From Moraxella nasicaprae (lineage in GTDB: Bacteria > Pseudomonadota > Gammaproteobacteria > Pseudomonadales > Moraxellaceae), in the NCBI RefSeq assembly GCF_025643275.1, contig NZ_CP089977.1:930001-962000 (forward strand): a stretch of 32,000 nucleotides of DNA, written 5' to 3'. Made by a program: the position numbers and the translations under genes. The notes beneath the pieces are model-generated. The model was not told where the DNA came from, made no database searches, and saw nothing but the letters and a program-made list of their open reading frames with translations. This document shows positions 1 through 9,080 of the stretch, piece by piece; within the stretch, counting starts at the first letter, position 1; each line of letters opens with the position of its first letter.

Positions 1-827
1 ACAAATAAAGTAGGCGTTTCTTGCAGATTTAATTTTGAATAGGCATTGCACGCCTTAATCTGTGTACCATCAAGCAATTCAAGTCTTGCGACAGGTAAAC
101 CATACTGAATGGTCAGCATGACCGCCTGACACGCCCCATCAATATCATTAAAATGACACAGACCACTGCCCACACAGTCAGGCTGCCCAAATAATTTGAC
201 TGTAATTTCGGTAATGATGCCCAGCGTACCCTCCGAGCCAATCATCAATCTTGTTAAATCATAGCCTGCTGAGGATTTTTTGGCACGAGTGCCTGTTTTG
301 ATAATATCGCCATTTGGCAACACCACTTCAAGACACAAAACCACATCTTTCATTGTCCCATATTTAACCGCATTTGTGCCAGAGGCACGAGTGGCACACA
401 TACCACCAATACTGGCGTTTGCACCAGGGTCTATGGGGAAAAATAATCCTGTGTGGCGTAAGGCTTCATTCAGCTGTTCACGAGTAACCCCAGCTTCTAC
501 GGTGGCGGTCAAATCCTCAGCATCAATACGAACAATATTCGTCATTTGCGACATATCAATACACAATCCACCGTGAGGGGCATTTAATTGCCCCTCCAAT
601 GATGAACCTGTCCCAAAGGCAATGACGGGCATTTTGTGGGCGTTACAAATTTTGACCGCCTCACTGATTTGCTGTTTGTTTGTGACGGTCAATACCGCAT
701 CGGGAGCCTCAGTTTCAATCCAGCTCATCGTGTGAGCGTGTTGCTGGCGAACAGTTGGATTGGTGCTTAGGGCTTTGCCAAAGGTTTGACTAAGCTTGGC
801 GATGGCCTCTGAAAATCGTTCGTTCAT
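1..827 (-). CDS. FAD-binding oxidoreductase, D-lactate dehydrogenase / GlcD family. The N-terminal 275 aa are in the window and the C-terminus lies beyond the left edge.
   Basis: Not in the ORF track because it is open at the window edge. The reverse complement from ATG (825-827) reads MNERFSEAIAKLSQTFGK...VIAFGTGSSLEGQ...GMCATRASGTNAVKYGTMKD...SSAGYDLTRLMIGSEGTLGIITEITVKL. These are typical FAD_binding_4 (PCMH-type) motifs of GlcD/Dld-like oxidases. Confidence 0.8.
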   Translation of the reverse strand, partial: MNERFSEAIAKLSQTFGKALSTNPTVRQQHAHTMSWIETEAPDAVLTVTNKQQISEAVKICNAHKMPVIAFGTGSSLEGQLNAPHGGLCIDMSQMTNIVRIDAEDLTATVEAGVTREQLNEALRHTGLFFPIDPGANASIGGMCATRASGTNAVKYGTMKDVVLCLEVVLPNGDIIKTGTRAKKSSAGYDLTRLMIGSEGTLGIITEITVKLFGQPDCVGSGLCHFNDIDGACQAVMLTIQYGLPVARLELLDGTQIKACNAYSKLNLQETPTLF

Positions 828-1126
828 TTTTATCCCTTAATAGTAACAAACAAAAAACTGGCTAAGACTGGGTCAGTCCAACCGCATCAATCCATCGCTG
901 ATTTGGCAATTGATTGACGGTAAATAGACGCAATCATCAAAACCATTTACCAATAATAATCCGAAATCAACATCATGGTCAATAGCAATCAACACTCCTG
1001 CCATCTGATTGATTTATATCTAAAATGCTTGATTGGCAATTTGTCAATTTTTCACAAAAGCCATCGACTTTTTTTCAAAAAAACTTAGATAGATGGTCTA
1101 TTTTTACCGAATAGCTTGGCAAAGCA

Positions 1127-1135
1127 TGCTATAAT
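1127..1135 (+). promoter_or_regulatory. Putative extended -10 promoter (TGcTATAAT) for rlmD
   Basis: Perfect TATAAT at 1130-1135 with TG at 1127-1128, about 45 nt upstream of the rlmD ATG. I found no good -35. Confidence 0.4.
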
Positions 1136-1180
1136 GGGCAGTTTTTATTTACCCACCTTTTTTGGCAGGCAAACATCACA

Positions 1181-2662
1181 ATGACAACTCTCATCAACGC
1201 CCCCTCAAAAAAATCTGGCAAACTGACCGCCAGAACCCGTAAACGCTTGCAGGACGCACCGCCTGTCAATTTTAACATCACAGGTCTTGCCCACGATGGG
1301 CGAGGTGTTAGTAGTTACGGCATTGGCGAACACGACCACCCAGCCGATAAACTGGGCAAGAAAGTTTTTGTCAGCTTTGCTTTGCCTGGCGAAACCGTCA
1401 CCGCCAAACTTCGCAATAGCAAAAAAACCTTCGAAGAAGCGGACGCTCTATCCGTCATTGGCGACCCAAACCCAGAACGCCAAACACCGCCTTGCCCACA
1501 TTTTGGGGTGTGTGGCGGTTGTAGCTTGCAACATTGGCACCCTGACGGACAAATCAATTTCAAACAATCCGTCCTAGCAGAACTATTACAGCATCAAGCA
1601 GGGGTGCAACCTCAGCAATGGCTACCACCTTTGACCGCCGACCGCTTAGGCTATCGTACCAAGGCTCGCATGGGCGTGCGTTATGTCGCCAAAAAAGATT
1701 CGGCATTAGTGGGTTTTCGTGAAAGAGCCAGCAATTTTCTGGCAAATTTGGACGAATGTCATATCTTAGACCTCAGAGTTGGCGAGCAAATCACCGCCCT
1801 CAAACAGCTCATCACTACTCTTGACGGACGAGACCACATCGCACAGCTAGAATTGGCGATGGGCGAAAGTCTGGCACACATCGCAGACAGTCAAAAATCT
1901 GTGGCAGTGATTGTGCGTCATTTACAGCCACTGAGCGATGGCGACATAGACAAACTACAAACATTTTTTGCTGACAGAAATTGGCAACTGTTCTTGCAGC
2001 CCAAAGGCTCAGACACAGTGCATCGCATCGATGACCCACAAGGTCGTGCCAGCAGCCTGACCGTACCGCCCACTGGTGGTTTGTTTTATCGCTTGCCTGA
2101 CTTTGATATTGATTTTGAATTTTCGCCACTGGATTTTACGCAGGTCAATCTTTCTGTCAATCGCAAAATGACCAAATTAGCGTGCGACCTATTGAATCTT
2201 AAAGAGGGCGAGCGAGTGCTGGATTTGTTCTGCGGATTGGGTAATTTTAGCCTACCTCTGGCTCGTTGCGTGGGCAAGACTGGCTTTGTGGTCGGTGTTG
2301 AAGGCTCGGTGGAAATGACCGAGCGTGCCAAAATGAATGCTGCCGCCAATGGACTTACCCATACCGAATTTTATGCCCAAGACTTGACCCAAGATTTCTC
2401 CCATCAGCCTTGGGCAACAGGCGAGAACAGCTTTGACGCTCTACTCATTGACCCACCTCGCTCTGGTGCTGCCGAAGTGATGGCTTATCTGGGTAAATTC
2501 AATGCCAAACGCATCGTCTATGTTTCGTGCAATCCTGCCACACTGGCAAGAGACACCGCTTTGCTCATCGAGCAAGGCTATCGTCTGACACACGCAGGGG
2601 TCATGGATATGTTTTGTCATACAGGGCATGTTGAAAGCATTGCCCGATTTGAAAAAATCTAA
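1181..2662 (+). CDS. rlmD: 23S rRNA (uracil1939-C5)-methyltransferase RlmD (RumA)
   Basis: 493-aa ORF. It has the [4Fe-4S] Cys cluster [14 protein letters not shown], the SAM motif [16 protein letters not shown], and the C-terminal [14 protein letters not shown]...[10 protein letters not shown]. It is collinear with E. coli RlmD as I recall it. Confidence 0.9.
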   Translation: MTTLINAPSKKSGKLTARTRKRLQDAPPVNFNITGLAHDGRGVSSYGIGEHDHPADKLGKKVFVSFALPGETVTAKLRNSKKTFEEADALSVIGDPNPERQTPPCPHFGVCGGCSLQHWHPDGQINFKQSVLAELLQHQAGVQPQQWLPPLTADRLGYRTKARMGVRYVAKKDSALVGFRERASNFLANLDECHILDLRVGEQITALKQLITTLDGRDHIAQLELAMGESLAHIADSQKSVAVIVRHLQPLSDGDIDKLQTFFADRNWQLFLQPKGSDTVHRIDDPQGRASSLTVPPTGGLFYRLPDFDIDFEFSPLDFTQVNLSVNRKMTKLACDLLNLKEGERVLDLFCGLGNFSLPLARCVGKTGFVVGVEGSVEMTERAKMNAAANGLTHTEFYAQDLTQDFSHQPWATGENSFDALLIDPPRSGAAEVMAYLGKFNAKRIVYVSCNPATLARDTALLIEQGYRLTHAGVMDMFCHTGHVESIARFEKI

Positions 2663-2663
2663 C

Positions 2664-2697
2664 AAAAATCCCCAGCCACATGGTTGGGGATTTTTTA
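2664..2697. terminator. Bidirectional intrinsic terminator between convergent rlmD and the helicase gene
   Basis: AAAAATCCCCAGCCAcaTGGTTGGGGATTTTTT is a GC-containing stem flanked by an A-run and a T-run. It lies between the stop codons at 2662 (+) and 2731 (-). Confidence 0.75.
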
Positions 2698-2730
2698 TTT
2701 TGATGCACTTACTCTCAGGGTAAGCACGCC

Positions 2731-4545
2731 TTAGTCGTTGCCAAATTTTTTGGCTCGTTTTGCTGCTCTTTTGGCAAAAAAGACCTCTTCGATTGGCTTA
2801 ATGCGTTCTTTGGAGCGTTTTGGTGCTTGGGTGTTTTTGCGTGCTGACTGACCAACGGCATCACGATTTGTTTTGTCAAAACGAGCCTTATCGCCAAATT
2901 TACCAGACTTAGGCTGGGCAAAGGTTTGCTTTTTGGTCAATGCCGCCTCGACATCGAATGCCTGACTTTCATAGTCATCACGATATGATTTTTTGGCAAA
3001 ATCCTTATTGGTTTGACACTCTTTTTTGGCATCTTGATTTAAATTGTGTGCCGAGCGTCTGGCAGTATCATCAAAATATCTGGCACTTCTTGTATCAACA
3101 CCATCATGCATAGCTTCTTGATTTCGTTGCCATTTTTTTGGCTGTCTGTCCGCTCTTGACCTGCCAAATCGCTCAGCTCTTTCATGATGAGCCAAGTGGT
3201 CAAAACCTGATTTGTCATGAGATTTTGCAGCATATTTCTCAGAATCTGACTCATCAAAACGGCGAGGCTTTCTTGCTTGACGACCAAAGCCAGACTGACC
3301 CTCCGTGCGTGCGAATTTGTCAAACTCACGCTGGCGACGAGTCTTGCCTTTACGGCGGTCTTTGTCCACTTTTGGTTGATATTTTGGTTCAAGCCCTTCA
3401 ATGACTGCTTCTGGCATTTGTCGTTTTAGATAACGACCGATGTGCGACAGTTGTCGTCTGTCTTCAATACTGCACAAATTGATGGCAGTACCCGTACGAC
3501 CCGCTCTACCACAGCGACCAATGCGATGCACATAATCCTCCACTTGGCGTGGCAAATCATAGTTAATCACATGACTGATGGCAGAAATATCAATGCCTCG
3601 TGCCGCCACATCAGTGGCAATCAAAATATCACACTTGCCAGACTTCATGTCAGCAACGATACGATTTCGCTTGCCTTGTGGCAAATCACCGTGCAGATAG
3701 CGTGCCTTGTAACCTGCCTCTACCAGCTCGCCTGCCAATCTTTCGGTACTCATCTTAGTGGCAGTAAAGATGACCGCTTGCTTCATATCAGGATTGGTCA
3801 AAACCTGCATCAAAATCTTGTTTTTGTGGTGAAAATCATCACAAAAATACACGCTCTCCTCAATGTGAGCAGACTCGATTTTGATGGAAACTTTCTGGGG
3901 ACTTTTGGTGAAAGTTTGGGCAATCTGACCAACCTGACCGTCCCAAGTGGCAGACGACATCACGGTCTGGCGGCTCTGTGGCGTACTGTCCAAAATCTCG
4001 TTAATGTCATCAGCAAAGCCCATGTCCAGCATGCGGTCAGCTTCGTCCAAAATCAGCACTTTTAATTCGGATAAATCCACACGACCTTCACGCATATGGT
4101 CAATCAAGCGACCAGGCGTGGCAATCACGACCTGCACGCCTTTTTTTAGGGCACGAATCTGTCCACTGTATGGCGAACCACCCACCAAAGCAATGCTATA
4201 AAGTCCACGCAAATTACCGCCATAGCGACGCACGCTGTCTTGCACCTGCTGAGCAAGCTCTCTGGTTGGGGTCAAAATCAGTGTATGGATTTTTTTATCA
4301 AACTTTTGGGCACGGCTTAACTTATCCAAGACTGGCAACACAAATGCCGCTGTCTTACCCGAACCTGTCTGAGCGGATAATAATAAGTCAGAACCTGCCA
4401 ATGCGTGTGGAATCGCCCCTGCCTGAATGGGCGTTGGGTTTTCATAGCCAGCTTTGCTTAGAGCTTTTAAGATGGGTTTGTTCAGCTGTAAATCAGCAAA
4501 GGTGATGGGATTGTCTTGCTCTTGGAGAGTTTGGGTGTCTGTCAT
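2731..4545 (-). CDS. DEAD-box ATP-dependent RNA helicase (RhlE-like core) with a basic low-complexity C-terminal tail of about 220 aa
   Basis: 604-aa ORF. Motifs seen: Q motif (FADL...GYENPTPIQ), motif I AQTGSGKT, PTRELA, DEAD (LILDEADRMLD), SAT, ARGID and HRIGRCGRAG. The tail is rich in R/K/D/F with recurring RFD and (K/R)FG motifs. Confidence 0.9.
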   Translation of the reverse strand: MTDTQTLQEQDNPITFADLQLNKPILKALSKAGYENPTPIQAGAIPHALAGSDLLLSAQTGSGKTAAFVLPVLDKLSRAQKFDKKIHTLILTPTRELAQQVQDSVRRYGGNLRGLYSIALVGGSPYSGQIRALKKGVQVVIATPGRLIDHMREGRVDLSELKVLILDEADRMLDMGFADDINEILDSTPQSRQTVMSSATWDGQVGQIAQTFTKSPQKVSIKIESAHIEESVYFCDDFHHKNKILMQVLTNPDMKQAVIFTATKMSTERLAGELVEAGYKARYLHGDLPQGKRNRIVADMKSGKCDILIATDVAARGIDISAISHVINYDLPRQVEDYVHRIGRCGRAGRTGTAINLCSIEDRRQLSHIGRYLKRQMPEAVIEGLEPKYQPKVDKDRRKGKTRRQREFDKFARTEGQSGFGRQARKPRRFDESDSEKYAAKSHDKSGFDHLAHHERAERFGRSRADRQPKKWQRNQEAMHDGVDTRSARYFDDTARRSAHNLNQDAKKECQTNKDFAKKSYRDDYESQAFDVEAALTKKQTFAQPKSGKFGDKARFDKTNRDAVGQSARKNTQAPKRSKERIKPIEEVFFAKRAAKRAKKFGND

Positions 4546-5104
4546 GATTGCTCTACTTGTGGATTTGCATTGATGATGAACAAAATAACACCCGCAGCGT
4601 CAAAAAACGCTTGGCGTATTCGCATTTTGTCAAGGCAAGAATAAACTGTCGCTGTCAAAGCACATGAAAATATCAATGGCTACAAAATCATCGCGACAAA
4701 CAAAAATAGGGCAAATCCCAAAAAGAACAGTAAGTGCTAAGCATTAAAATTGCTGGGCGTAAACGCACTTTTTATCAAATCAGTGGCGATGTCATCAAAT
4801 AGCGAATGTGAAACGATTTTTCACAATCAAAGGATTATACCACAATCCAATAAAAAATACTGGATTTTTTGGTTGTATTCATTCAATATCATGTTTAGGC
4901 AAGCATTTGCAATGCAACTGATGAGACCTGCCTTTATGCTTATCATACCGACCAATCAGCAAAACAAGACCTAAAATGCACTCTGCCCAACCATGCTGGT
5001 TTTCTTATTTTTTATGGCAAATGCCATCAACCAGCATGAAAAACCGACAAAAATTTGGATTTTTTGCTTTAAAAATCGATGACGAAGTGCCATAATAGCA
5101 AGCG

Positions 5105-7492
5105 ATGACTTTGGCAAAATTGGAGCGTGTCGTGGTACAGATTCGAGAAAGCCTGCCCCTACTTGGTGGCAATAGCAGCAGCATTGACAGTGCGTCTTTG
5201 GCAGCTACTTTGGTCGCCAAGCAGATACACCCAGATTTTAAGGCACAACTCACCAATCAAAAGCTGGTCAGTGCGTTGGATTATTCGACCAATAATGCCA
5301 CACCAATGGAGCTGAATGTCTCAGACATTGACATTGATGCGTGGCTTGCCAGCGTGGCCGCTCGTATTGGCAAAGATGAACTGCCTTTGCTGCGTAAGGC
5401 TTGCGAATTTGTCCAAATCCAAGTCAATAAGCCTCATGTCGCTCGTTCTGGGGCTTACATCACAGGCATTGGCATGGCAGATATTTTGGCGTATTTATTC
5501 CAAGATGAAAATGCTTTGGTTGCCGCCATGCTTTATCGCACCGCTCGCCGTGAACTGGTTAGCATACAGACCATCGCCACCAACTTTGGCGATGACATCG
5601 CTCAGCTGGTTACTGACACGCTGGCGATGGGTCATCTGTCTGAAAGCATCGAACAAAATCAGCGTCTAGAAGACTATATTGATGGCAATCGTGAACAGCT
5701 TTCTAATATTTATAGCATGCTCATCAGCACCACTAATGATGTTCGAGCGGTATTGATTAAACTTGCTGAACGCACTTTTGCCATGCGTGAACTGTCTTTT
5801 TCGCCTCCTGACCGCCAAAAACGAGTGGCACGAGAGGTGATGGCAATCTACGCCCCACTTGCTCATCGTCTGAGCATCGCCCAATTAAAATGGGAACTAG
5901 AAGATTTGGCGTTTCGCTATCTTGCCCCCGATGAATACAAAAAAATCGCCAGCCTATTGTCTGAAAAACGCAGCGAACGAGAAGCATACATCGAACAAGT
6001 CAAAACCACCCTCACCCAAGAACTACACAATGCTGGCATTGAGTGCGAGGTGTCAGGTCGTGTCAAACACATCTATTCCATCTGGCGAAAGATGAAGTCA
6101 AAAAATCTGTCGTTTGACCAGCTGTATGACATCAGAGCCTTGCGAGTCTTGGTCAATAGCAATGCTGAGTGCTATTATACGCTTGGCGTGGTGCATGGGT
6201 TGTGGCGACACATTCCAGAGCAGTTTGATGACTACATCACCAATCCTAAGCCAAACGGTTATAAATCCCTGCACACCGCCGTCATTGCCGAAAATCGCAC
6301 ACTAGAAGTGCAAATTCGCACCTTTGACATGCACTTTGAGGCAGAACTTGGCAAATGTGCCCATGTTAATTATAAAGAAGGTCTAAAAGCCAAAAAAGAT
6401 GATTATCTGACCCAAAAAATCAGCTCACTAAGACAGCTTTTGGGTACAGATACGCCTGACAATGGCGATGACATCGAGCTGGATATTGATAATGCCGAAC
6501 GCATCTATGTGTTTAGCAGAGATGGCGACATTACCGAACTGCCCAAAGGCTCAACGGTGCTGGACTTTGCCTATTATGTGCATACCGAAGTTGGCAACCG
6601 AGCTCAGGGGGCAAGAGTTAATGGTCGTTATGTGCCTTTGACCCACCAGCCCAAAACAGGCGACCAAATCGAAATCATCACCAAATCCAGCCGTGAACCA
6701 AACCGTGACTGGCTGATGGCATCGTTGGGCTATATCCACACCAATCGTGCCAAAACCAAGTTGCGTCAATGGTTTAACAAACAAGACCGTGATAAAAACA
6801 TTGAAACTGGCAAAAATCTGCTGCTCAAAGAGTTTGACCGCCTATCCATTGACCCAGCTCAGGTAGAATTGGGTGAGTTTTTGGCTCAATTTAATGTCAA
6901 ACACGAAGATGATTTGTATGTTGCCTTGGTCATTGGCGACATTGGCGTGACCCAAATCAGTAATTTGGTTGCCCAAAAACTGCACATCACGGACAACTTT
7001 AACGAAACTGCCATCGACATCAAAAACCCTGTTCGCACCAACAAATACAAAATCGAAATCGATGGATTAGATAATGTGGAGTTACATCTTGCCAAATGCT
7101 GCAACCCTGTGCATGGCGAACCGATTGCAGGATTTATTACACTATCTAGTGGTGTCAGCATTCATCATCAAAGCTGTACCGAGTATTTAAGATTGGTAGA
7201 AAAAGAACCAGACCGCATCATCAATGCTCGCTGGCAGACGACCTTTGGCAGATACCAACCTGTCTGCATTCATGTTGAAGCACACAACACCAATGGACTG
7301 CTAAGAGACTTGGTGCATGTCATTGACCGTGAAAAAGTCAATATTCATCGTGCCGAAACCATCAGCAATGATGGGGCAATCAGTCACATGAAATTTTATG
7401 TTGAAGTGGCAGGTATTGCTCATTTATCTCGCCTGCTTAGCAAAATTGAACAACAACCGAGCGTTTTGCACGCCCGTCGCAGTCAGAGTTAG
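5105..7492 (+). CDS. relA: GTP pyrophosphokinase RelA ((p)ppGpp synthetase I). The start codon is uncertain.
   Basis: 795-aa ORF. It carries the RelA/SpoT synthetase motifs (RVKHIYSIWRKMKSKNLSFDQLYDIRALRVLV, GYKSLHTAV), a TGS region (VFSRDGDITELPKGSTVLDFAY), CC/ZFD (AKCCNP) and a C-terminal ACT-like region. The HD region looks degenerate, which fits RelA rather than SpoT. E. coli RelA aligns from about aa 68 (MELNVSDIDIDAWLASV, ATG 5306), so the true start may be 5306. Confidence 0.85.
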   Translation: MTLAKLERVVVQIRESLPLLGGNSSSIDSASLAATLVAKQIHPDFKAQLTNQKLVSALDYSTNNATPMELNVSDIDIDAWLASVAARIGKDELPLLRKACEFVQIQVNKPHVARSGAYITGIGMADILAYLFQDENALVAAMLYRTARRELVSIQTIATNFGDDIAQLVTDTLAMGHLSESIEQNQRLEDYIDGNREQLSNIYSMLISTTNDVRAVLIKLAERTFAMRELSFSPPDRQKRVAREVMAIYAPLAHRLSIAQLKWELEDLAFRYLAPDEYKKIASLLSEKRSEREAYIEQVKTTLTQELHNAGIECEVSGRVKHIYSIWRKMKSKNLSFDQLYDIRALRVLVNSNAECYYTLGVVHGLWRHIPEQFDDYITNPKPNGYKSLHTAVIAENRTLEVQIRTFDMHFEAELGKCAHVNYKEGLKAKKDDYLTQKISSLRQLLGTDTPDNGDDIELDIDNAERIYVFSRDGDITELPKGSTVLDFAYYVHTEVGNRAQGARVNGRYVPLTHQPKTGDQIEIITKSSREPNRDWLMASLGYIHTNRAKTKLRQWFNKQDRDKNIETGKNLLLKEFDRLSIDPAQVELGEFLAQFNVKHEDDLYVALVIGDIGVTQISNLVAQKLHITDNFNETAIDIKNPVRTNKYKIEIDGLDNVELHLAKCCNPVHGEPIAGFITLSSGVSIHHQSCTEYLRLVEKEPDRIINARWQTTFGRYQPVCIHVEAHNTNGLLRDLVHVIDREKVNIHRAETISNDGAISHMKFYVEVAGIAHLSRLLSKIEQQPSVLHARRSQS

Positions 7493-7494
7493 TC

Positions 7495-8364
7495 ATGCCA
7501 GAATTACCAGAAGTCGAAACCACCAAAGCCAGTCTAGCACCTTTGCTTGGCAAGATGATTGATGGCGTACAAATCCATCACCCAAAGCTACGCTACGAAA
7601 TCCCAAAAGATTTGGTCAACTTGGTAGGATTTAAGCTCGTCAATGTTCGCCGCAGAGCCAAATATCTCTTGCTCGACTTTTTGCAAGAACAAGATAATAA
7701 CCACAAAACCCTACTCATTCATCTGGGTATGTCGGGCAGCTTGCAACAACACACTCATCAACAAGTGCGTAAACACGACCATGTCATCATTGAATTTGGC
7801 GATGTATGGCTACATTATCACGACCCACGCCGTTTTGGTATGTTACTTTGGGTGGAGAATGATGACTACATCGACAGACCAGACACCGCTAAGCGTTTTT
7901 TGGACCATTTAGGCGTTGAACCTTTGTCCGATGAATTTGATAAAGATTATCTATACAAAACCATCTACCGCACGCACGATTTAACCAAAAAATCCATCGC
8001 CAAGCCCATCAAATCACTCATCATGGAACAATCAGTGGTGGTGGGCGTGGGCAATATTTATGCTACTGAAAGTCTGTTTTTGTCTGGCATTCACCCTGCC
8101 AAACCCGCCAATCAGCTGGACGAATCATCGCTAGAAACACTGACCCATCACATCAAAACAATCCTTGCCAAAGCCATCAAGCAGGGCGGCTCATCGCTCA
8201 AAGACTTTACAGTGGGTAATGGCAAAACAGGCTATTTTCAACAAACCTTATTGGTCTATGGGCGGGCGGGCGAACATTGTACCGTGTGTCAAAGCCTGCT
8301 TGAAAATCAAAAAATTGGTGGACGAGCCAGCGTCTATTGCCCAACTTGCCAGCCATTGACATAA
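7495..8364 (+). CDS. mutM: Formamidopyrimidine-DNA glycosylase (Fpg/MutM)
   Basis: It has the canonical N-terminus MPELPEVET, H2TH, and a C-terminal zinc finger CTVCQ...CPTCQ. The ATG lies 2 nt after the relA stop. Confidence 0.95.
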   Translation: MPELPEVETTKASLAPLLGKMIDGVQIHHPKLRYEIPKDLVNLVGFKLVNVRRRAKYLLLDFLQEQDNNHKTLLIHLGMSGSLQQHTHQQVRKHDHVIIEFGDVWLHYHDPRRFGMLLWVENDDYIDRPDTAKRFLDHLGVEPLSDEFDKDYLYKTIYRTHDLTKKSIAKPIKSLIMEQSVVVGVGNIYATESLFLSGIHPAKPANQLDESSLETLTHHIKTILAKAIKQGGSSLKDFTVGNGKTGYFQQTLLVYGRAGEHCTVCQSLLENQKIGGRASVYCPTCQPLT

Positions 8365-8392
8365 AAAAATCCCCAAAAAATTGGGGATTTTG
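8364..8392. terminator. Bidirectional intrinsic terminator (mutM on the plus strand, distal bor gene on the minus strand)
   Basis: AAAAAAATCCCCAaaaaatTGGGGATTTT lies between convergent stops at 8364 (+) and 8404 (-). Confidence 0.7.
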
Positions 8393-8403
8393 TCACGCAC
8401 GGA

Positions 8404-8691
8404 TTACTTACAATAAACTTGTGCTGTGCGAGGTGTGTAGATACCAAAGGTAATCGTACCAAGCAAAATATCTTTGGGTTCTAATTTACTTTGCACCTTG
8501 GCAACATTACTAGCACCGCCACACACTTGGGCAGCATTGATGGTGCGTTCCTGACCGATGCCGCCAACGAAAAATGCCTGTGATTTGCTTAGTGATGGTG
8601 TTGCTTGACCACCGCCATGAATCAATGCCGTTTGCGTAGTACAGCCTGTCATCACAACCGCCATACCAATAATCGCTGCGATTTTTTTCAT
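8404..8691 (-). CDS. Bor/Iss-family outer-membrane lipoprotein, paralogue 2
   Basis: Lipobox VVMTGC. Family motifs FFVGGIGQ, AAQVCGG, GIYTP....VYCK match lambda Bor / Iss as recalled (HFFVSGIGQ, AAKICGG, GIYTP...VYC). I placed the start at MKKIAA (AAGGA 8 nt upstream) rather than at the track start 8712. Confidence 0.8.
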   Translation of the reverse strand: MKKIAAIIGMAVVMTGCTTQTALIHGGGQATPSLSKSQAFFVGGIGQERTINAAQVCGGASNVAKVQSKLEPKDILLGTITFGIYTPRTAQVYCK

Positions 8692-8712
8692 TATTTTTTC
8701 CTTATTTTTCAA

Positions 8713-9003
8713 TTATTTACAATAAATATTACTTTGTCTTGGTGTATAAATACCCTGTCCGACCGCATTCGCCAAACCGTTTAAGAAGGTCGTTTGCGTT
8801 TGCACTTTGGCGACTTTATTAGCACCGCCACACACCTGAGCAGCATTTTGAATTTTTTCTTGACCGATGCCGCCAACAAAGAAATGCTGCCATTCTGACT
8901 GCGTAGGTGCTGCTTGACCACCTTCTGATAATACATAATTTTGGGTAGCACAGCCTGTGCTTAGTACAGCGATTGCACCCACCATCAATAATTTTTTCAT
9001 CAT
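8713..9003 (-). CDS. Bor/Iss-family outer-membrane lipoprotein, paralogue 1
   Basis: Lipobox VLSTGC. Motifs HFFVGGIGQ, AAQVCGG, QTQTTFLNGL, GIYTPRQSNIYCK. I placed the start at MMKKLL (GAGGG upstream). The longer track start is a non-ATG codon. Confidence 0.8.
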   Translation of the reverse strand: MMKKLLMVGAIAVLSTGCATQNYVLSEGGQAAPTQSEWQHFFVGGIGQEKIQNAAQVCGGANKVAKVQTQTTFLNGLANAVGQGIYTPRQSNIYCK

Positions 9004-9051
9004 TAAAAAACCCTCTATTAACAAAACAGAAACAATCTTTCTGTCATTGTT

Positions 9052-9080
9052 ACTTTATCACAAAATCATTATTTAGTCAA
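9052..9080 (-). promoter_or_regulatory. Putative sigma70 promoter for the bor tandem
   Basis: The minus strand reads TTGACT-17 nt-TGaTAAAGT (-35 at 9075-9080, extended -10 at 9052-9060). A second copy of TTTGACTAAA lies 23 nt further upstream (9098-9103). Confidence 0.45.

Noticed and set aside
280-576. A 98-aa plus-strand ORF at the left edge.
   Set aside because: It is antisense to the FAD-binding oxidase, whose minus-strand reading frame carries clear family motifs and runs open to the window edge.
3442-4065. A 207-aa plus-strand ORF. Similar long ORFs occur at 3138-3404, 3947-4201, 4170-4505, 12247-12600, 22219-22674, 23248-23586, 24057-24422, 15865-16260 and elsewhere.
   Set aside because: All lie antisense to, or out of frame within, strongly supported genes (helicase, ompCD, kpsC, era). 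They have no recognisable motifs and odd composition (Cys/His/Gln-rich). They are the expected shadow ORFs of long coding regions.
4750-4974. A 74-aa ORF (and the 83-aa minus-strand ORF at 5005-5256) in the long helicase-relA spacer.
   Set aside because: It has a non-ATG start, no Shine-Dalgarno sequence, low-complexity AT-driven composition and no family motif. The 83-aa ORF also overlaps the relA 5' end. I treated the region as non-coding, though a small protein cannot be strictly excluded.
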